The position numbers and the translations under genes were made by a program. A DNA stretch of 63,538 nt from Comamonadaceae bacterium (lineage in GTDB: Bacteria; Pseudomonadota; Gammaproteobacteria; Burkholderiales; Burkholderiaceae_C). Location: positions 1 through 63,538 of the forward strand of contig JAJTGH010000033.1 in the NCBI GenBank assembly GCA_021299555.1, given 5' to 3'. Position 1 is the stretch's first letter, and each line of letters begins with the position of its first letter. Of this stretch, positions 59,430 to 63,538 are shown piece after piece. The notes under the pieces were generated by a model that was not told the DNA's origin, searched no databases, and saw only the letters and a program-made list of their open reading frames with translations.

Positions 59430-60249
59430 TCAGGCGCTAATGGCCTGCCCCACTGTTTTTGCTTCGCGAGCACTGCGCCCGCTTACGTCGTATCGCTGCC
59501 GCAGCCAGGCACACGCTCGGGCCATGGCTTCATGCGCCGGTTGCAGTTGCGCGGCGCAGCGGGCTGGCATGCGGATGCCCGGCTTGTGCCGGGTCTTGTA
59601 GATAGTTCGACCAGAACCAGGCCATGCCCTCGGCGCTCAGACCATAGCCGCGGGCGTAACGTTCAAACGAGGGCCAGGCGGAGCTTGGGTGGTCAGTCAC
59701 CGGGTACCACAAGACCATGGCCTTGACCACAGGGCCGCCCTCCTGCCACAAGCGCAAAGCGGTGACCGCGGCCAGGCAGCCTCCCGCGCTGTCGCCGGCA
59801 AGGGCCAAACAGTGGGCATCGGCACCCAGATCGGGCGCCATGAGGGCAAGCTCACGCGTGGCAGCCAGGCAGTCGTCGGGGCCCGCCGGGAACGGGTGTT
59901 CAGGCGCCAAACGGTAGTCCACAGAGGCCACCACCGAGTGCGAGCCAACGGCAAGACGCCGACAGATTTCGTCGTGCGTATCCAGGTCAAGGGCGCAGAA
60001 TCCGCTCCCGTGAAAAAACACCGTCAGTGGCAGGCTCGGCCCATCGGCCGCTGGGTGGTAGCTGCGCACAGCAATCTGACCGCAAGGACCTTGCACATGA
60101 AAATTTCTCACATCAGCCAGTGCAACGGCCGTCTGGCTCGCATAAGCTCGCTTCATTTGCGCACGGGCCTGCTCGATCGGCAGGCAGTGGTAGGGGACCA
60201 CAGTGCCGGCCGCGGCCAACTGTGCGGCAATGAAGGGATGCAAGGACAT
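59430..60249 (-). pseudogene. HSL-family alpha/beta hydrolase with deletion and frameshift near 59550
   Basis: FFHGSGF, VDYRLAPEHPFPA, AGDSAGG, ASPL|; C-terminal helix (AHEAMARACAWLR...ISA*) in another frame; D-P-L-R-D and HGF segments absent. Confidence 0.82.
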
Positions 60250-60277
60250 GGCGTCGAGGAGCGGATCAATGCCCGAT

Positions 60278-61324
60278 TTACTGTGGCTGCACACCCATGG
60301 ACTGCAGGAGGCGGGGCAGACGCTCAACCTCGTTGCGCACAAAGGGGCCAAATTCTTGGGGACCCATCCAGCGAGGGTCTGCACCGAGCTGCTGCAGACG
60401 CTGTGAGATTTCGGCCGTCTTGACCAAGCGCTCTATCTCGTCGCCAAGGCGTTTGACGATGGACTCGGGTGTGCCGGCGGGCACAAAGATCCCGATCCAG
60501 CCCACGAAATTGAAGTCGGCCACGCCAGCCTCACCCAAAGTCGGGATCTCAGGCGCTTGTGTACTGCGCCCTCCCAGGCTGACCACTCCCAGTGCGCGCA
60601 CCGCGCCAGACTTCACATGGGCGATGCTCGAAGCGATGTCAGGGAACATCACCTGTACCCGGCCGGCGATCACATCAGTCAGACCCAGGGGATTGCTCTG
60701 ATAGGGCACCCTCAGCATATCGGCGCCCGCGCGACGCGCAAACATCTCGCCCATCATGAGGCTCGATGTATTTCCCGCCGCAAAAGTCACTGCTTTGGGA
60801 TTGGCTTTGATCAGCGCCAGCAACTCGGCTGGATTACGCGCTGCCACTGAAGGGTGGACCACCAAAAAGCTCGAGAAGGTGGCGATCATGGCCACGGGGA
60901 TGAAATCTTTCACCGGGTCGTAGCCCAACTTGGCGATGAGCCCGGGGTTGGCGCCATGTGTCGAGTTGGTGCCCATGAGCAAGGTCAGGCCGTCGGGGTT
61001 GGCGCGCGCAACGGCCGTGCTGGCAATGGCTCCATTGGCACCAGGTCGGTTCTCGACCACCACCGCTTGCTTGAGCACGCCTTCGAGCCGCTGGGCCAGC
61101 AGCCTCGTGGCTGTATCGGTACCACTTCCTGCGCCAAAGGGCACGACAATTTTCAGTGCACGGCTCGGGTAGGGCTCCGGGGTTTGCGCCTGCGACCAGA
61201 GGGGCTTGGCGCCCAACAGCACGAGGGCCAGGGCAATGCAGCCGAGTCCGATGCGACCCGTCTGCTTTGGGCGCGAGCTGCGCTCGGCAGTGCCGGCCCC
61301 CAGGCTTGCCATTGGATAATTCAT
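60278..61324 (-). CDS. Bug/TctC solute receptor
   Basis: YPSRALKIVVPFGAGSGTD, ENRPGANG, RVPYQS. Confidence 0.9.
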   Translation of the reverse strand: MNYPMASLGAGTAERSSRPKQTGRIGLGCIALALVLLGAKPLWSQAQTPEPYPSRALKIVVPFGAGSGTDTATRLLAQRLEGVLKQAVVVENRPGANGAIASTAVARANPDGLTLLMGTNSTHGANPGLIAKLGYDPVKDFIPVAMIATFSSFLVVHPSVAARNPAELLALIKANPKAVTFAAGNTSSLMMGEMFARRAGADMLRVPYQSNPLGLTDVIAGRVQVMFPDIASSIAHVKSGAVRALGVVSLGGRSTQAPEIPTLGEAGVADFNFVGWIGIFVPAGTPESIVKRLGDEIERLVKTAEISQRLQQLGADPRWMGPQEFGPFVRNEVERLPRLLQSMGVQPQ

Positions 61325-61451
61325 ATCGTCTCTCCTTTGCCCTTTCGGGCCTCCCTCATTCAGACAACCCAGGCAAGTCGCGCTGGGCGGCGGCTGTTTC
61401 TCTTTGCTTGCAGTCTGGCCGTAAGGTCCAAGCTGCGTTGTTGTGTCTATC

Positions 61452-62198
61452 CTATGATTCGACGCCCCTGGCAGGCTTGCGGGCGGGCGGCTCCTTGGCC
61501 CGCCGATCCACTGCACGCACGTAGGCGCCGACATGGCGGCCCATGCGTCGCCAAGCCGCGTCTGCGTCGCGCGCTTGTATTGCGTCCATCACCTTCTGAT
61601 GGGCCATGACCACCGCCTGACGCACATCGGGTGAGTTGAAGCCTCTGAGGTCCGTCGCCTCATAGACGGCCTGCGAGATCGCCTGCGTGAAGGCGATCAA
61701 AAGTTCGTTGTGGCTGGCACGCACCAGGCAGACATGCCAGGCCAGATTGGCCTGCAAAAAAGCGGGGATATCGGCTATGCAAGCCTGGATGGCCTGGTGG
61801 CGTTCAAGCAGGTCGGTCCAGTCGGCGGCGGTGTGACGCATGGCGGCCAGGCGCGCCGACTGCGGTTCTATGGCTTCGCGGGCCTGCAGCACCGACTCAA
61901 ACCGCACGCCCTGTCCACGAATGAATGTTTGAATGGATCGCTGAACCGTCTCAGCGCGTGGGCGCATCACCTCAGTCCCACCGTTGCGGCCAGTTCGTGT
62001 GGTGACCAAGCCCTCGACCTCAAGGATGAGCAGGGCCTCGCGCACCGTCGCCCTGGACAAACCCGACTGCTGGGCCAACTCACGCTCGCTGGGCAAGCTA
62101 ATCCCGACCCCCAATTGCCCGTCAAGAATCTGCTCGCGCAAGACATTGGCCAGCACATCGGCTGCTTTCGGGATTTCTAAGGGCGTCAGGTCCAACAT
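61452..62198 (-). CDS. GntR/FadR family regulator
   Basis: LPSERELA..GLSRATVREAL..LEVEGLV; FCD domain (WH..SHN..H). Confidence 0.93.
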   Translation of the reverse strand: MLDLTPLEIPKAADVLANVLREQILDGQLGVGISLPSERELAQQSGLSRATVREALLILEVEGLVTTRTGRNGGTEVMRPRAETVQRSIQTFIRGQGVRFESVLQAREAIEPQSARLAAMRHTAADWTDLLERHQAIQACIADIPAFLQANLAWHVCLVRASHNELLIAFTQAISQAVYEATDLRGFNSPDVRQAVVMAHQKVMDAIQARDADAAWRRMGRHVGAYVRAVDRRAKEPPARKPARGVES

Positions 62199-62245
62199 GG
62201 TCGGTTCAAGTCGTTTGCCAGATCATATTTGGCACAACGTTGATT

Positions 62246-62256
62246 TGGTCAGACCA
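62246..62256. promoter_or_regulatory. FadR-subfamily operator TGGTCAGACCA
   Basis: Perfect TGGTC-A-GACCA dyad matching the TGGT-N3-ACCA motif of PdhR/LldR-type regulators, located between the two FadR genes. Confidence 0.7.
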
Positions 62257-62282
62257 TATCAGGTTTTTTATTAAGGTTTTCC

Positions 62283-63002
62283 CTAGGTCAAAGCAATCGG
62301 GTTGACAGTTCTGACGCGCTGCACGTAGGCACCAACATGGCGAGACATGCGCCGCTGGGCGGCATCGGGGTCGCCCGCTTCAATGGCCGCCATCACAGCT
62401 TCATGGGCCTGTGCAACCGTGCCGCGGATCGCCGGTGGGCTCAGTTCGTGCAAATCGGTGGCCTGGTAGACCGTTTGCGCAAACGCACCCACAAACGCGC
62501 TGAGCAATTCATTGTGAGCAGCCAGCACCACCGCCACATGCCAATCGAGGTTTGCACGCAAGAAGGCGGCAACATCACCGATATCTTGCAGCAGTCGCTC
62601 ATGGCATTGACGCAGCGTAGACAGGTCTTGCTCGGTGCGATGCAGTGCGGCCAATCGGGCAGCATGGGGCTCAATGGCCTCACGCACTTCGAGCACAGAC
62701 TCCAGCCGTATGTTCTGACCTCGAATGAAGATGCCGATCGAACGCTCAATGGTGGCCAAACTCGGGCGTACGACCACCGAGCCACCGTTTCGGCCGGTGC
62801 GGGTCGCGATCAGACCCTCGACTTCGAGAATTCGCAAGGCCTCGCGAACTGAGGCTCTGGACAAACCGGCGCGCACCGCGAGGTCCCGTTCGTTGGGCAG
62901 AACAGCACCCACGCGCAGACGCCCGTCAAGGATCTGCTCGCGCAGGCTGTCAGCCAGTACGTCAGAAGCCTTGGGAACCTGAATTGGACTGAGGGTAAGC
63001 AT
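62283..63002 (-). CDS. GntR/FadR family regulator (paralog of adjacent gene)
   Basis: LPNERDLA..GLSRASVREAL..LEVEGLI; FCD domain. Confidence 0.93.
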   Translation of the reverse strand: MLTLSPIQVPKASDVLADSLREQILDGRLRVGAVLPNERDLAVRAGLSRASVREALRILEVEGLIATRTGRNGGSVVVRPSLATIERSIGIFIRGQNIRLESVLEVREAIEPHAARLAALHRTEQDLSTLRQCHERLLQDIGDVAAFLRANLDWHVAVVLAAHNELLSAFVGAFAQTVYQATDLHELSPPAIRGTVAQAHEAVMAAIEAGDPDAAQRRMSRHVGAYVQRVRTVNPIALT

Positions 63003-63110
63003 GCAAACTGAAAATCGGAACAATTGTATGAGATCGTCATCGACGGCAGACTGGGGCAGATCTCAGGGAGGAATCACTGGCAGAGATGGGGTGTTTTGGC
63101 AGCGAGCCAG

Positions 63111-63151
63111 AAAACAAAACGCCCAGCCGGATCTTGCGATCGGGCTGGGCG
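63111..63151 (-). terminator. Rho-independent terminator of rRNA operon
   Basis: CGCCCAGCCCGATC-GCAA-GATCCGGCTGGGCG followed by TTTTGTTTT on the minus strand, just after 5S. Confidence 0.85.
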
Positions 63152-63167
63152 GCTTGCTGGCTGTAAG

Positions 63168-63283
63168 AGCCTGACAATGTCCTACTTTCACACGGGAATC
63201 CGCACTATCATCGGCGCTAAGTCGTTTCACTGTCCTGTTCGGGATGGGAAGGAGTGGGACCAACTTGCTATGGTCATCAGGCA
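63168..63283 (-). rRNA. rrf: 5S rRNA
   Basis: GCCTGATGACCATAGC...CCCATCCCGAAC...GTGAAACG...GCGCCGATGATAGT...GTGAAAGTAGG...TCAGGC. Confidence 0.97.
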
Positions 63284-63435
63284 TAAAGGGTCGGTGACCT
63301 GCCCTTTGGAGCAGGCCACCTGATTCATAGAGTTTTTCAGCGTTTTCAAGAGATAACGCATCTGAGATGCGCAATGTTTGACTGCGTCACTTGGCACAAC
63401 TTCCTTGATGAATTTTTGAGAAACATCAAAGTTAT

Positions 63436-63538
63436 AGGGTCAAGCCGCACGAGCAATTAGTATCAGTTAGCTTAACGCATTACTGCGCTTCCACACCTGA
63501 CCTATCAACGTCCTGGTCTTGAACGACTCTTTAGGGGG
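63436..63538 (-). rRNA. rrl: 23S rRNA 3' end (partial)
   Basis: Minus strand GACGTTGATAGG...GTGTGGAAGCGCAGTAATGCGTTAAGCTAAC..ATACTAATTGCTCGTGCGGCTTGACC. Confidence 0.96.

Noticed and set aside
157-59552. Programmed frameshifting or RNA editing as the explanation for split genes
   Set aside because: No slippery heptamers at the junctions, and conserved coding blocks are physically absent, so recoding could not restore them (the 1-nt case at about 160 also lacks a slippery site).
62272-62285. TAAGGTTTTCCCTA imperfect dyad and similar ACTAACCCTA near 986
   Set aside because: Too short and degenerate to support without a genome-wide motif count.
63024-63374. ORFs 63024..63323 and 63063..63374
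   Set aside because: They overlap the 5S rRNA and terminator; spurious.
1-63538. CRISPR arrays, tRNAs, transposases/integrases, toxin-antitoxin or defence genes
   Set aside because: No regularly spaced repeats, cloverleafs or relevant protein motifs recognised by eye; small elements could have been missed without Infernal/HMM searches.

Overview
GC-rich betaproteobacterial chromosome segment; gene content and 5S/23S sequence are consistent with Burkholderiales/Comamonadaceae. The left half (1-34.2 kb) mixes housekeeping genes (srkA, htpG, dsbD-like, hemE, priA, rep) with small catabolic modules: a 3-hydroxybenzoate/gentisate operon, and a LysR-Bug-M20 amidohydrolase unit followed by a tandem glycine riboswitch and a D-amino-acid dehydrogenase. 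The hemE-priA intergenic region holds a dense cluster of DnaA boxes and three IHF consensus sites (DARS/datA-like candidate). The right half (34.2-63.0 kb) is an uninterrupted minus-strand block of 29 genes for an unidentified CoA-dependent catabolic pathway: twin FadR regulators, HyuA/HyuB-type ATP-dependent hydrolase, CoA-transferase III, acyl-CoA dehydrogenase, Cys-less thiolase plus DUF35, split AtuA, LvaA/ACAD10-like kinase, LIV-type ABC transporter and Bug receptors. It lies directly downstream of an rRNA operon (23S 3' end, 5S, terminator). About ten genes carry apparent clean deletions, most keeping both termini, two of them producing apparent gene fusions. This is either assembly artefact (more likely) or unusual deletion-driven decay. 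No CRISPR array, tRNA or transposase was recognised. All assignments come from motif reading by eye; no searches were run.
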